Shown: positions 18,224 through 27,856 of the stretch, piece by piece
How the letters are laid out: each line of letters starts with the position of its first letter
How positions within the stretch are numbered: the first letter of the stretch is position 1
NCBI GenBank assembly: GCA_963848435.1
Contig: CAWKDQ010000011.1
Coordinates: 580,418 to 644,417 of the forward strand
DNA length: 64,000 bases
Source of the DNA: an uncultured Conexibacteraceae bacterium
GTDB lineage: Bacteria; Actinomycetota; Thermoleophilia; Solirubrobacterales; Solirubrobacteraceae
Reading direction: 5' to 3'
Translations under genes and position numbers: made by a program
Notes under the pieces: model-generated
What the model saw: only the letters and a program-made list of their open reading frames with translations
Databases searched by the model: none
Told to the model about the DNA's origin: nothing

Positions 18224-18261
18224 TTGACGTCGCCGCGGTCAGGCGCCACAATTGTGGCGTG
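18224..18261 (+). promoter_or_regulatory. Candidate promoter plus palindromic operator of the phd/relE pair (leaderless)
   Basis: TTGACG (18224..18229), 17-nt spacer, CACAAT (18247..18252), then GTG start at 18259. The perfect 14-bp palindrome GCCACAATTGTGGC (18245..18258) overlaps the -10 element. Confidence 0.4.
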
Positions 18262-18525
18262 ACTACTGAGCCGCTTCGTGCCGTGCGAGACCATCTATCC
18301 GAGATCGTCGACCGTGTCGAGCGTGAGCACGACCGGGTTGTGATCACGCGCAATGGCCGTGAGGCGGCCGTGCTGATGAGCGCCGCCGATCTCGCGGAGC
18401 TCGAGGAGACGCTCTCGGTCCTCAGCGATCCAGCAGCGCTTGCCGATATCCGCGAGGCCGACGTCGCATATGCCCGCGGCGATGTCCTACGCGGAGTCGA
18501 CGCAGTCCGCGCATTGCGCTCGTGA
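18259..18525 (+). CDS. Phd/YefM-family antitoxin
   Basis: LRAVRDHLSEIVDRVEREHDRVVITRNGREAAVLMS signature. Confidence 0.85.
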   Translation: MTTEPLRAVRDHLSEIVDRVEREHDRVVITRNGREAAVLMSAADLAELEETLSVLSDPAALADIREADVAYARGDVLRGVDAVRALRS

Positions 18526-18803
18526 GTGCCGACGGCGAATACGAACTTGTCGTCACACCAACTGCCGCGAAGGCAATATCTGAGCAACTTCCCGAGCCGG
18601 TCGCTGCAGCCGTGATCGAGTTCCTGACGACCAGCCTGATCCGAGAGCCGCGGCGAGTGGGCAAACAGCTGCGACGCGAGCTGGCCGGCATTTGGTCAGC
18701 CCGGCGCGGCACATACCGCGTGCTGTATCGCAGTCACGAGCACCCCCGCGAGGTCGTCGTGCTGCGCATTGAACATCGCGGTGACGTGTACAGGCCCCGG
18801 TGA
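18522..18803 (+). CDS. RelE/ParE-family toxin
   Basis: 93 aa with a 4-nt overlap on the antitoxin gene: ...WSARRGTYRVLYRSHEHPREVVVLRIEHRGDVY. Confidence 0.8.
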   Translation: MSADGEYELVVTPTAAKAISEQLPEPVAAAVIEFLTTSLIREPRRVGKQLRRELAGIWSARRGTYRVLYRSHEHPREVVVLRIEHRGDVYRPR

Positions 18804-19052
18804 CTGGTCAATCGGCTGCGCGACTGGGTCAGTCCTACTCTCCTGCGGATACCAGAGACGACCCTGCGCACGAGCCTCACAAGGCACGGGCCTTGGCCCT
18901 GAAGATCAGCTCCGGCTTGTGGTTTGATCGGCTGGGGATCCTCGCGACTCGGCCAAGCACCAGAGCTAACAGCGCTCGAAGGGGGCTTGTCAAGCGGAAT
19001 ACAGGTTGTACCCGCTGTCGCGATGATCGATCTAAGAGGGAGGCGGCCGGAG

Positions 19053-19412
19053 TCAGGCGTAGGGCGCGTAGCGGTGGTGGAGCATCAGGTCGTTGCCGTC
19101 AGGGTCGGAGAAGAACGCCATATGGCAGACGCCGGTGTCGAGGGTATCGCCAGCGAACTGCACGCCCTTGGCTTCGAGTTCGGCGCGGGTGGCAGCGACA
19201 TCGTCGCACCCCAACGCCCACGGATTTCCCTTCTGGGCAACGAACGGCATCCCCATCTTCTCGGGCTCCCAGATACCGAGACAGGTATCGCCAGCCCACA
19301 GCTCATAAGCACCGTGCTCGTCGGGGCGAAGGCCAAGTGTGTCCCGGTAGAAGCTGAGAGCGCGGTCGGGGTCCTGCGAGGGGATGCCGATGAGGTCGAG
19401 TCGAGTGATCAT
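19053..19412 (-). CDS. VOC/glyoxalase-family protein
   Basis: MITRLDLIGIPSQDPDRALSFYRDTLGL ... AFFSDPDGNDLMLH. Start trimmed to ATG at 19412. Confidence 0.75.
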   Translation of the reverse strand: MITRLDLIGIPSQDPDRALSFYRDTLGLRPDEHGAYELWAGDTCLGIWEPEKMGMPFVAQKGNPWALGCDDVAATRAELEAKGVQFAGDTLDTGVCHMAFFSDPDGNDLMLHHRYAPYA

Positions 19413-19556
19413 GGTTGAGTTATACCGCGCCCGTCTCTGTGCCACCCTGCAGATCACAGCGCCGGCTTCGGCCGGACGTCGCTGGCGACACACACCAAGC
19501 CGACGGCTGCCGCCGATCGACCGAAACCGCAGCGGCCGCGACGGGCGACGAGGCGT

Positions 19557-19823
19557 CTAACCGATGCGTTCGTCGATGCGGATGTGGACGGTGTCGCCGG
19601 CCTCTTTGCGGATCGCTTTGCGCAGCTGCGCCCTGACCGGCAGCCGGTGCGTGCCGTCGCCTTGCGCCATGAGTGCGCCGTCAAACCGCTCGCCGTCGAT
19701 GGACCCGCGAATCTTCACCAGGCCGCGTGTGCCGAACAGCTGCGGCACGTTATCAATCACGACGCAAGTCCACGCGCCCGGGTTCTGACCTTTCTGAAGC
19801 TCCTCGTCAAACTCGGCCAGCAT
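19557..19823 (-). CDS. DUF1905-family protein
   Basis: 88 aa: VKIRGSIDGERFDGALMAQGDGTHRLPVRAQLRKAI. Confidence 0.65.
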   Translation of the reverse strand: MLAEFDEELQKGQNPGAWTCVVIDNVPQLFGTRGLVKIRGSIDGERFDGALMAQGDGTHRLPVRAQLRKAIRKEAGDTVHIRIDERIG

Positions 19824-20013
19824 TCCCTTTCAGTCTCCCATACCAACCATCGTGTGAGCCAGCAGCATGCGCCGCGCTGTTGCGTCTCGATCAGTCCGCC
19901 TGCCTCCCGTAGTGGCGTAACCCCTCGCGGCAAGAATTGCAGGGCTCACTCCCTGTGTTCCTTCCACCTGTCAGGGCTCGGGCGTGTTACGGTCGCGGTG
20001 ATCGGGGAGCAAC

Positions 20014-20670
20014 ATGGCTGACGATGACCAGGGGTTAGCGACTCGTGCCGCTCTTGGCACGGGCAGGATGGAGGCGTTCAGTGACGGTGTGATCGCGATC
20101 GCGATCACGCTGCTGGTACTCGACCTTGCGCTGCAGCCGCCCGGTTCCCCGCTGGAGCAGTTCCTGCGAGACTGGCACGCATACCTCGTCTACCTGGTCA
20201 GCTTCCTGACGATCGGCGCGGCCTGGATCGCGCACAACAGCCTCACCGACGACCTTGACCACGTCGACCGGATCTTTCTACGCCTGAACCTGTTGTTCCT
20301 GCTGTCCGTGGCGTTTCTTCCGTTCCCGACCCAGCTCGTCGGTGATGCGTTGGAGAAAGGCACGTCCTGGCAGCGCGTGGCGGTCACGGTGTTCGGATTA
20401 ACGGTCCTGACAACCAGATTGATGTTCGCGGTACTGGCTGCCTATGCCCGGCACGAGCACCTGCGGCGCGGCGGTGCGCCCGATCGCGACCTGGAGGAGG
20501 CGCAACAGAAGTTCCGGGTGACAGTGGCCGCCTACATCGGGTCGATCATCCTCGGCCTGCTCTTCCCGCTGGCCGCGATCGTGTTGTATTTCGCGATCGC
20601 GGTCTTTCTGGTCGTGCCGTTCAAAGCGGTCGCCCGATTGATCGGCAAGAGCCGACGAGAGCGACGTTGA
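20014..20670 (+). CDS. TMEM175/DUF1211-family potassium channel-like membrane protein
   Basis: RMEAFSDGVIAIAITLLVLDL signature with multiple TM segments. Confidence 0.8.
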   Translation: MADDDQGLATRAALGTGRMEAFSDGVIAIAITLLVLDLALQPPGSPLEQFLRDWHAYLVYLVSFLTIGAAWIAHNSLTDDLDHVDRIFLRLNLLFLLSVAFLPFPTQLVGDALEKGTSWQRVAVTVFGLTVLTTRLMFAVLAAYARHEHLRRGGAPDRDLEEAQQKFRVTVAAYIGSIILGLLFPLAAIVLYFAIAVFLVVPFKAVARLIGKSRRERR

Positions 20671-20889
20671 GCAAATCTCCAGTTGCCTGAGTAAGGAAGC
20701 AGTCATTCCGCCTCGCTCCCTCGCGGGTGCTCGCGGACTCAGACGCGATGCCAGGGTGATCCGTGAGCGATGGCAGCCGGCAGCCTAAAGCAACTCGATA
20801 GACATGAGGTTCCTCCTGAGACAGGCGCAACGCACCAGGCGCCGCGGCCCACCGTCCTCGGCAAACAGGGACGCTACTTCTCAGACCGA

Positions 20890-21159
20890 TCAGAGCGGCA
20901 GCTGCACACGCTGCGGCCGATGCAGATTGGTTATTCGAGACGGGAGAAGGAACTCTCGATGAGCGAGTCGAGGGTCTAGGCGTCGCTCGAACCGAGCCAT
21001 TCGATTGTCTGGCACCTCGATCGCCACCCACACCGAGTCTTCGGTCGCCTCGTCGGGCTGGGGACTGTCGACCCAGACAAAGTCACCGCGAAGCATCCCG
21101 CGCTCGGCTTGCTCGGCTGCGGCGGCAGAAAGCGGTGTGAAGAGCCTCACTCGATGCAA
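20890..21159 (-). CDS. Hypothetical protein (weak call)
   Basis: 89-aa ORF in a gap between better-supported genes. No recognisable motif. Confidence 0.25.
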   Translation of the reverse strand: MHRVRLFTPLSAAAAEQAERGMLRGDFVWVDSPQPDEATEDSVWVAIEVPDNRMARFERRLDPRLAHREFLLPSRITNLHRPQRVQLPL

Positions 21160-21450
21160 GTTAGAGGCTCGGCCGCGATCGATGCTTCATCGCGGGCGAA
21201 TGGACGAACGCCTGGATGGTGTCCAGCAGCTAGGGCTCCTGGCCGTGCTCAGCGGCGTCGTGCTGCTGTCCCTCTAGACCCAGCCGTCCTCGGCAACAGC
21301 GAGGTCCGCCATCATCGTCCGCCAAAGGAGCTGAGTCGGGAATCATCAGGGCGGACTGCGTCGTGCCAATGCGCTGGTGCGATCGATAAGCAGCAGGATT
21401 CGGGCCAGCGACCGAGTCGTCCTCATCGCGTCAGCAAGAATGGGCGGGTG

Positions 21451-22146
21451 ATGTCAGTGCGCCGTCCGTTCGTTTCGTGGGTACTGGCGACCGCCGCGAC
21501 CGCCGCGATCGCCGTGTTCGTAGCTCTGACGATCGCTGTTACCGGCAGTTCCTCGCTCTCGCTCGACGCGCACGGCTTCGAGGTTGCCCGTGATCTGCGC
21601 GCACCCTGGCTCGTCAGCGTTGCGCGGGTCGTCACCAGCCTGGGCCTGATAGCGATCGTCGGCCCGGTCTTGGCTCTCGGCGCCGTGCTCCTGATCAAGC
21701 ATCGAGAACGGGTCCGCGCGGTCGTGCTCACGGTCGGAGCGGCGCTTGTCTGGATCGGCGTGTGGACCCTGAAAGCGGTGGTCGACCGTCCCCGTCCGCC
21801 CGGCCCACTCGTGCACACCACGGGCCAAAGCTATCCGTCGGGTCACGCCGCCAACGCCGTCGGGTGGCTCGCGGTCGCACTCGCGCTCGCCGTCATGATC
21901 CCGAGCCGGAGCGGACGGATCGCAACGATCGCCGCCGGCGCGCTCATCGCTGTGTTCGTCGGCCTGAGCCGGGTCTACCTGCGCGCTCACTACCTCTCCG
22001 ATGTCCTCGCCGGCGAAGCGTTTGCGGTGGCCGTGTACGCACTTGCGGCGATCGGTGCCATTGCCTGGCAATCACGACGCGACCCAAACGGGGCAATGGC
22101 AAGCAACGACGCTCCCGCACCCGGGTCAGGTGACCAGCGGGAATGA
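21451..22146 (+). CDS. PAP2-family phosphatase (membrane)
   Basis: Motifs KAVVDRPRP, SYPSGHA and SRVYLRAHYLSDV. Start trimmed to ATG at 21451. Confidence 0.75.
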   Translation: MSVRRPFVSWVLATAATAAIAVFVALTIAVTGSSSLSLDAHGFEVARDLRAPWLVSVARVVTSLGLIAIVGPVLALGAVLLIKHRERVRAVVLTVGAALVWIGVWTLKAVVDRPRPPGPLVHTTGQSYPSGHAANAVGWLAVALALAVMIPSRSGRIATIAAGALIAVFVGLSRVYLRAHYLSDVLAGEAFAVAVYALAAIGAIAWQSRRDPNGAMASNDAPAPGSGDQRE

Positions 22147-22276
22147 CTCTTCCGCACAGGTCGACATCACCGCTGCGCCGTGGCGAGAGAGGCAGTAGAT
22201 CGTCGACCTCCCCGCCACGGGTTTGTGGCGAGCTTCGAGCGGGAAGCCCGGTCACCGGCTTCATCGGCCTCGGGTC

Positions 22277-23734
22277 ATGCCCGCACAGGCATGGTCGGGC
22301 ACACTTACGCCTGTGAGTACTCACAACAGACCCCGGGCTCCCGTTGCGCGACTGGAGCCCAGCGAGTCGGCAGAGCGGGGGCGCGCCGCACGCCAACGCT
22401 CACCGCGGTCTGGACACGGCGACTGGGCACCGGCGCCTCGGCGACGCGATCCGGTCGCGATCCTCGAGGAGCAGGCGGCGACCCGGTTGGCGGCGCTCGT
22501 CCCGATCCGGCACGGCCGGATGCTCGTGTCGCCGTTCACGTTCTACCGCGGAGCGGCGGCTGTGATGGCTGCGGATCTGGCGGCGACACCCGATTCGGGG
22601 ATCATCGCGCAGGCCTGTGGCGATGCGCACATCTCGAACTTTGGTGGCTTTGCGGCACCGGATCGCAGGCTGATCTTTGGCCCGAACGACTTCGACGAGA
22701 CGCTCCCAGGGCCATGGGAGTGGGATGTCAAGCGGATGGCGACGAGTGCTGAGATCGCCGGTCGTGACATCGGGCTGCCGGCCGACAAGCGGACCGAGAT
22801 CGTGCTCGCAAACGTGCGCGAATACCGCGAGGCGATGCGCGGATTCGCAAAGATGAGCCACCTGGACGTCTGGTATGAGCGGATCAACGCGAGTGAGCTC
22901 GTCGATCGCTTTGGCGGCAGGCTCGGTAGCAAGGGCCGGGTCCTGTTCGCTGAGCCGTTCGCGCGGGCGCGTCGCAAGAACCACCTGCGGGCGGTCAAGA
23001 AGCTGACCGAGGAGGTCGACGGCAAGCTTCGTTTCCGGCATGTGCCGCCTTTGCTGGTTCCGGTCCGTGAGGCATTTGATCGGGACGGCGGGCGGGACGA
23101 GGACGACTACCTGCGAGAGCTGCTGGCCGAATACGCAGCCAGCCTGGATGTCGAGCGGCGCTACCTGTTCGAGACCTATCGGTTCGTCGACATGTCGCGC
23201 AAGGTGGTCGGCGTCGGCAGCGTGGGCACGCGCGCAGCGGTCTTCCTGTTCGTCGGCCGCGACGGGCAGGACCCGCTCGTGCTGCAGGCCAAGGAGGCGC
23301 AGGCATCGGTGCTTGAACCGTATCTCGGCGCGAGTCAGTTCGAGAACCACGGCGAGCGCGTCGTTCGCGGCCAACGGATCGACCAGGTGGCCGGCGATGT
23401 CTTCCTGAGTTGGCAGCGAAGCGAGGGCTTCGACGGCAGAGAGCACGACTTCTATGTCCGCCAGCTGTGGGACTGGAAGGCGTCGATCGATCTCTCGACC
23501 ATGACCTATTGGGGGTTGCACGCGTACGTGCGCGCATGTGGGTGGTCGATGGCACGCGCGCACGCGCGCTCCGGCGACAGGCTCGCGATCGCCGGATACC
23601 TGGGCGCCGGCTCGAGCTTCGACAAGGCGGTCGCACGCTTCGCGGCGACGTATGCCGAGCAGAACGAGCGTGACCACCAGCGGCTCGTGGAGGCGGTCGC
23701 AGGTGGCGAGCTCAGCGCCCAGAGCGGCATCTGA
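22277..23734 (+). CDS. DUF2252-family protein, paralog 1; start approximate
   Basis: VPIRHGRMLVSPFTFYRGAA, GDAHISNFG and DFDETLPGPWEWDVKR motifs. Roughly half the residues are identical to 45440..46951 by eye. Confidence 0.8.
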   Translation: MPAQAWSGTLTPVSTHNRPRAPVARLEPSESAERGRAARQRSPRSGHGDWAPAPRRRDPVAILEEQAATRLAALVPIRHGRMLVSPFTFYRGAAAVMAADLAATPDSGIIAQACGDAHISNFGGFAAPDRRLIFGPNDFDETLPGPWEWDVKRMATSAEIAGRDIGLPADKRTEIVLANVREYREAMRGFAKMSHLDVWYERINASELVDRFGGRLGSKGRVLFAEPFARARRKNHLRAVKKLTEEVDGKLRFRHVPPLLVPVREAFDRDGGRDEDDYLRELLAEYAASLDVERRYLFETYRFVDMSRKVVGVGSVGTRAAVFLFVGRDGQDPLVLQAKEAQASVLEPYLGASQFENHGERVVRGQRIDQVAGDVFLSWQRSEGFDGREHDFYVRQLWDWKASIDLSTMTYWGLHAYVRACGWSMARAHARSGDRLAIAGYLGAGSSFDKAVARFAATYAEQNERDHQRLVEAVAGGELSAQSGI

Positions 23735-24127
23735 CCCAGGGCTCGCCATCCGCGGGTTCCTGGACCTATGTCTGGGCGACGATCATCGTCAGGGTTGTCG
23801 ACGTGATCCTCGACATCTTGGTCCGCGTCGGAGACGCGGACCAGCTCGACCGGGGGTCAGGACGTCCAGGCGTCGGTCGACGCTTGTGACCTTCCCTCTG
23901 GGTCCTGCCGGACAACTGGAGCTGGGGAGCGCCATCGGCGGTGAATGCTCGCGCGTCACGCTCCGGCGCATTGATCTTGAAGACGCATGCTGGCTGGCTC
24001 CACAATCGTCGGTGGTGCCACGGGCACTGGGCCGCGGTTTGAGACCGGCGGGGGTGCCGATGTGGCCTCGAGGGCGATATCGGTCAGCGCGCGCCCGTGC
24101 TTGTGGAGCGCATATGTTGCCGCAGCG

Positions 24128-24430
24128 CTAACTGATCAGCCGCAGCGCCGCGGTCACGGCGACCGCGACGAGGAACACCACGATCAGCGACTGACCCGTG
24201 CGCAGCGCGACGACACCGATGCCGACACCCACCAGCAGACGCCAGTCAACGGCGTAACGGCGACCGGAGCTGAACAGGCCGGTGGTGACCAGAGCGCTCA
24301 GCATCGCGACCGGAAGCAACCCGGCGACGCGCTGCACTCGCGGGTGCCCGAGCACGGTGCGCGGCAGCGACAACCCGGCGAGCTTGAGTCCGTAACACCC
24401 GAACGAGCCGACCAACACCCAGAGGGTCAC
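24128..24430 (-). CDS. azlD: AzlD-family branched-chain amino acid transport protein
   Basis: 100-aa hydrophobic protein directly downstream of azlC. Confidence 0.72.
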   Translation of the reverse strand: MTLWVLVGSFGCYGLKLAGLSLPRTVLGHPRVQRVAGLLPVAMLSALVTTGLFSSGRRYAVDWRLLVGVGIGVVALRTGQSLIVVFLVAVAVTAALRLIS

Positions 24431-24455
24431 CGACCCGCTCCAGCGACCACCGCGG

Positions 24456-25145
24456 TCATCGACGCATCCCGGCTGCGACCGCGACGGCGGCCGCGGCGAT
24501 GATCGGTACGCCGGCCGGCGTCACACGGACCAGCGCCAGGGTCAGCAGCGCCGCTCCGATCGCCACGACCGGGGCGCGGGGGCGGGACAGCTGTGGCCAC
24601 AGCAGCGCGAGGAAGATCGCGGGTGCGGCCGCGTCGAGTCCGAGCCTCGACGTGTCGAGGCCGCTGCCGATCAGGGCGCCGACCAGAGTCCCGGACGTCC
24701 ACGCTCCGTATAGGGCCAGGCCGGTGGCCCAGAAGGCGTAACGACTGGCGCGCGGGCGGCTCTGGCCGAGCGCCATCGCAGTCGTCTCGTCGATCACAAA
24801 ATGGGCGTCGACGAAGCGGCGCAGGCCATGCGGCTCGAGGATGCGGCTCATGGGGATTCCATAGAACGCGTTGCGCAGACCCAGCAGCAGTGCGGAAACG
24901 ACGCCGGCGACCGGTGCGCCGCCTCCGGCGAGCACCCCGACGAAGGCGAACTGCGAGGCGCCCGTGAACATGATCACGCTCATCGCCAGTGCCTCCGGGA
25001 CGGACAGGCCGGCGGCGACCGCCACCGCGCCGAAGGTCATGCCGAAGGCTGCGGCGTACACGCCGATGCCGACGGCCGCACGCGTGATAGATGTGCGTTC
25101 AGGAAGACTCTCGAGCTGCTGGGCCGCGTCGCTCACTCGCAGCAT
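24456..25145 (-). CDS. azlC: AzlC-family branched-chain amino acid permease component
   Basis: 229 aa: ...MFTGASQFAFVGVLAGGG... typical of AzlC. Confidence 0.82.
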   Translation of the reverse strand: MLRVSDAAQQLESLPERTSITRAAVGIGVYAAAFGMTFGAVAVAAGLSVPEALAMSVIMFTGASQFAFVGVLAGGGAPVAGVVSALLLGLRNAFYGIPMSRILEPHGLRRFVDAHFVIDETTAMALGQSRPRASRYAFWATGLALYGAWTSGTLVGALIGSGLDTSRLGLDAAAPAIFLALLWPQLSRPRAPVVAIGAALLTLALVRVTPAGVPIIAAAAVAVAAGMRR

Positions 25146-25186
25146 GGCATCACAAATCGTGATGGCGGGCCGTCGCCCGCCGCGGT

Positions 25187-26116
25187 TCAGAGCCGTCGCC
25201 CGCCTCGGGCGATCCAGGCGTCGATCAGCACGCGCGCGATCGAAACCTCACCGGGCAGTCTCAGATCGCCGGTTCCCCGCTGGGCACCGGCGATCTCGGC
25301 AGCGTCAAACCAATGCACCTCGACCATCTCGCCGGGCTGCGGGATCGGCTCTCCCCCGTCGGCACCGGCCTCGAAGCCGAACATCAACGATGACGGGAAC
25401 GGCCACGGCTGGGCGACCATGTAACGCGGCGAGTGGGCGACGATGCCCGACTCCTCACGGACCTCCCGCAGGACCGCCTCCTCCGGCGTCTCGCCCGGTG
25501 AAACGTAACCCGCGAGAATCGAGAAGCGTCCCTCCTCCCAGCCAAGGCGGCGCCCGAGCAGCAGGTGACCGTCGTGCTCGACCAACATGATCACGACGGG
25601 GTCCGTGCGCGGGAAGTGTGAGCTGCCGCAGCTTGAACAGCGGCGTGACAGTCCAGCTTCCGCCACGCGCGTACGCGCGCCACAGGCGGAGCAGAACCTG
25701 TGGCGCCGGTGCCAGTTGAGCAGCGCGACCAGGTAGGCGGCCAGGCCCCCCTCAGCTTGGGGCAGCAGCGCTCCGGCCTCGCGTAGCGTGATCAGGCGCC
25801 CGACTCCGGTCTCAGCCAGTTGCGATTCGGCTTCTGGGTCGTCGAGATCGGCCGCGAACAGCGGCTGGCCGTCGTCGATCCCGAGCAGGATCGGCTGATG
25901 GGGGTTGACCCGACCCTCGAGCGGCTGGCGGAGCAGCCTCGGCTCAGGCATCTCGGAGACCAGCACGCTGTCGGCGCTCGCGCCGAGCACGGCAGCCCGC
26001 GGATGTCTCAGTAGTCGGCTCACCTCACCACGGTCGCCGCGAAGTTCGGCGACGCGGTCAAGCGTGGCGCCCGTGAACGTGGGAACCATGCCCGTCGGGA
26101 AGTGCTTCGAGGCCAT
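25187..26116 (-). CDS. nudC: NAD+ diphosphatase (NudC-type NUDIX hydrolase); start uncertain
   Basis: Zinc ribbon CSACGARTRV...CSSCGSSHFPRTDP followed by the Nudix box GYVSPGETPEEAVLREVREESG. The ORF's 5' end overlaps the upstream permease gene; candidate ATG starts are at 26116 and 26089. Confidence 0.8.
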   Translation of the reverse strand: MASKHFPTGMVPTFTGATLDRVAELRGDRGEVSRLLRHPRAAVLGASADSVLVSEMPEPRLLRQPLEGRVNPHQPILLGIDDGQPLFAADLDDPEAESQLAETGVGRLITLREAGALLPQAEGGLAAYLVALLNWHRRHRFCSACGARTRVAEAGLSRRCSSCGSSHFPRTDPVVIMLVEHDGHLLLGRRLGWEEGRFSILAGYVSPGETPEEAVLREVREESGIVAHSPRYMVAQPWPFPSSLMFGFEAGADGGEPIPQPGEMVEVHWFDAAEIAGAQRGTGDLRLPGEVSIARVLIDAWIARGGRRL

Positions 26117-27347
26117 CCCCGCCGCTGCCGACGGGCTCGTTGTGGATGCCGGATTCGAACCTGCGCCGGCAGCCGTCGGAGCAGAAGTGGTAGGTGTGTC
26201 CATCGCGTCTGATCTTCCTGGCGGTGTGTGTGTCGACCATCATGCCGCAGACCGGATCGACGGCGCCTCGCCTCTGCGTCAGCCCGAACAGCACACAGAA
26301 GAGCACAAGGCCGGCGAGGTTGAGCCAGAGCTTGTAGTCGAGGCGGATGCCGCTGAAGATGTCACTGCTCGACGGACGCGCACCCGACGGAATCAGGCCG
26401 AGGACGCTGAAGATCGCCTGCACGATCAGGGCCGCGCAGACCATCGTCACGAGCAGCAGCGCGACCAGCCTGCGGGTGAAGCTGGTGTCGTAGTACTTGC
26501 GGTAGATCGCGACGATCGGCAGGATCACGAGGTCGGCGAGGATGAACGCCATGACTCCGGCAAAGCTGAGCCCTCCGCTCCAGAGCACGGCGGCGAGCGG
26601 TACGTTGCCAACCGAGCAGACGAAAGTCAGCATCGCGATCACGGGGCCGATCAGTGCCCCCCAGACCGCATGCACCAACGGCGGAGAGCCGGTCAGGAAG
26701 ATGCCGTGGAACGTCTGCGGGTCGATCTGGGCGACGAACCCCGAGATCAGCAGACCGATGCCGATCTCCCTGTAGAGCATCTGCCAGTCGGCGCGGTAGT
26801 TGTGGGCGACGTCCGACCAGGCGGCCGCACTCGCCAGTCTCCGACGCCACGGCACGTCCTGGCCTGCGGTGTGGTGGACGTGCCCGGCATCGGCGTTCTG
26901 GGCGTGCTCGCGCGCTCGAGCCTCGAGCTCGCGTGAGACGAAGCGTCGCAGCAGTAGCGCCACCAGCGCAATCATGATCAGCCCGCCGATGTACTCGCCC
27001 ACCGTGAACTGCCAGCCAATCAGCGCCCACAGAACGAAGCCAAGTTCCCAGACGAGGTTCGTCGACGCGATCTGAAACGCAAAGGCGGCCCCTGCGGAGG
27101 CGCCCCTCTGGAACAGGCTCTTGGTGATCGCGACAGCGGCGTAGGAGCAGGATGACGAGGCGGCGCCCAGGGCGGTGGCCCTGGCCAGCGGGCCGGGGCC
27201 AGCAGTTCCAAGGCCCGACTCGATCCGTTCGCGCGGGATCCACGCCTGAACCACGGCCGAGATGAAGAACCCGAAGGCCAGCGCCCACCACACCTGCCAG
27301 CCCATCAGCAGGGTATCTCGAATTCCATGCCACAGGACGCCCGTCAT
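26058..27347 (-). CDS. Permease (DUF318/ArsP-like) with a C-terminal YHS/TRASH-type metal-binding domain; putative Cu/Zn efflux transporter
   Basis: 429 aa, multi-TM. The C-terminus VDPVCGMMVDTHTARKIRRDGHTYHFCSDGCRRRF is a TRASH-like motif. Confidence 0.78.
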   Translation of the reverse strand: MTGVLWHGIRDTLLMGWQVWWALAFGFFISAVVQAWIPRERIESGLGTAGPGPLARATALGAASSSCSYAAVAITKSLFQRGASAGAAFAFQIASTNLVWELGFVLWALIGWQFTVGEYIGGLIMIALVALLLRRFVSRELEARAREHAQNADAGHVHHTAGQDVPWRRRLASAAAWSDVAHNYRADWQMLYREIGIGLLISGFVAQIDPQTFHGIFLTGSPPLVHAVWGALIGPVIAMLTFVCSVGNVPLAAVLWSGGLSFAGVMAFILADLVILPIVAIYRKYYDTSFTRRLVALLLVTMVCAALIVQAIFSVLGLIPSGARPSSSDIFSGIRLDYKLWLNLAGLVLFCVLFGLTQRRGAVDPVCGMMVDTHTARKIRRDGHTYHFCSDGCRRRFESGIHNEPVGSGGDGLEALPDGHGSHVHGRHA

Positions 27348-27552
27348 CGTGGGAGAAATTGTGGCAGCGGCAACTGCACGCCATAAGTTTGCGGGCTTTC
27401 GTGGACAACCGCCTCGAGTCGGGCGCGTCGATCGTCCTGTCCGTGGACCGCGCCTGCGCCGTCTTCTTTGACGCCGCCAGTGGCGCCGCCATCAGCGCGC
27501 CCGTCTGACTCGGTTCGCCGCCGGGGTTGTCCCCATACAATGGGCCGTGCTC

Positions 27553-27625
27553 GCCCCCATGGTCTAGCGGTTAGGACGCCTGCCTTTCACGCAGGAGATC
27601 GCCGGTTCGATTCCGGCTGGGGGTA
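27553..27625 (+). tRNA. tRNA-Glu (anticodon TTC)
   Basis: Acceptor GCCCCCA/TGGGGGT, D arm GTCT-AGCGGTTA-GGAC, anticodon arm CCTGC-CTTTCAC-GCAGG, T arm GCCGG-TTCGATT-CCGGC, discriminator A. Confidence 0.9.
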
Positions 27626-27627
27626 CT
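27583..27627. repeat. attL of the tRNA-Glu integrative element (direct repeat copy 1)
   Basis: 45 bp identical to 45334..45378 (cctttcacgcaggagatcgccggttcgattccggctgggggtact). Confidence 0.9.
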
Positions 27628-27856
27628 TGCCGGATCGCCCGTAACCACGGGCTTGCCGGCTCCACGAGCTGGGCCACGAGCGCTCCGCGGTGCGCCTGAG
27701 GGGGCCTTTACGGGGCCATAAGCGTCGAAACGACCCCGGCTAACCACGAGAGCGGGTGGTTCACAGCGCTGGCTTCATACCCGTGACAGGTGCTGTCGCG
27801 GGCTCACTCAAGATTTCAGAGCTGTCGATAGGCTTGCCGCACACTTTTGGCGGATA

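Noticed and set aside
23735-24127. The 390-bp gap between DUF2252 paralog 1 and azlD as a possible hidden gene or RNA.
   Set aside because: No frame on either strand gives a protein-like translation or a start with a ribosome-binding site, and I saw no obvious conserved structure.
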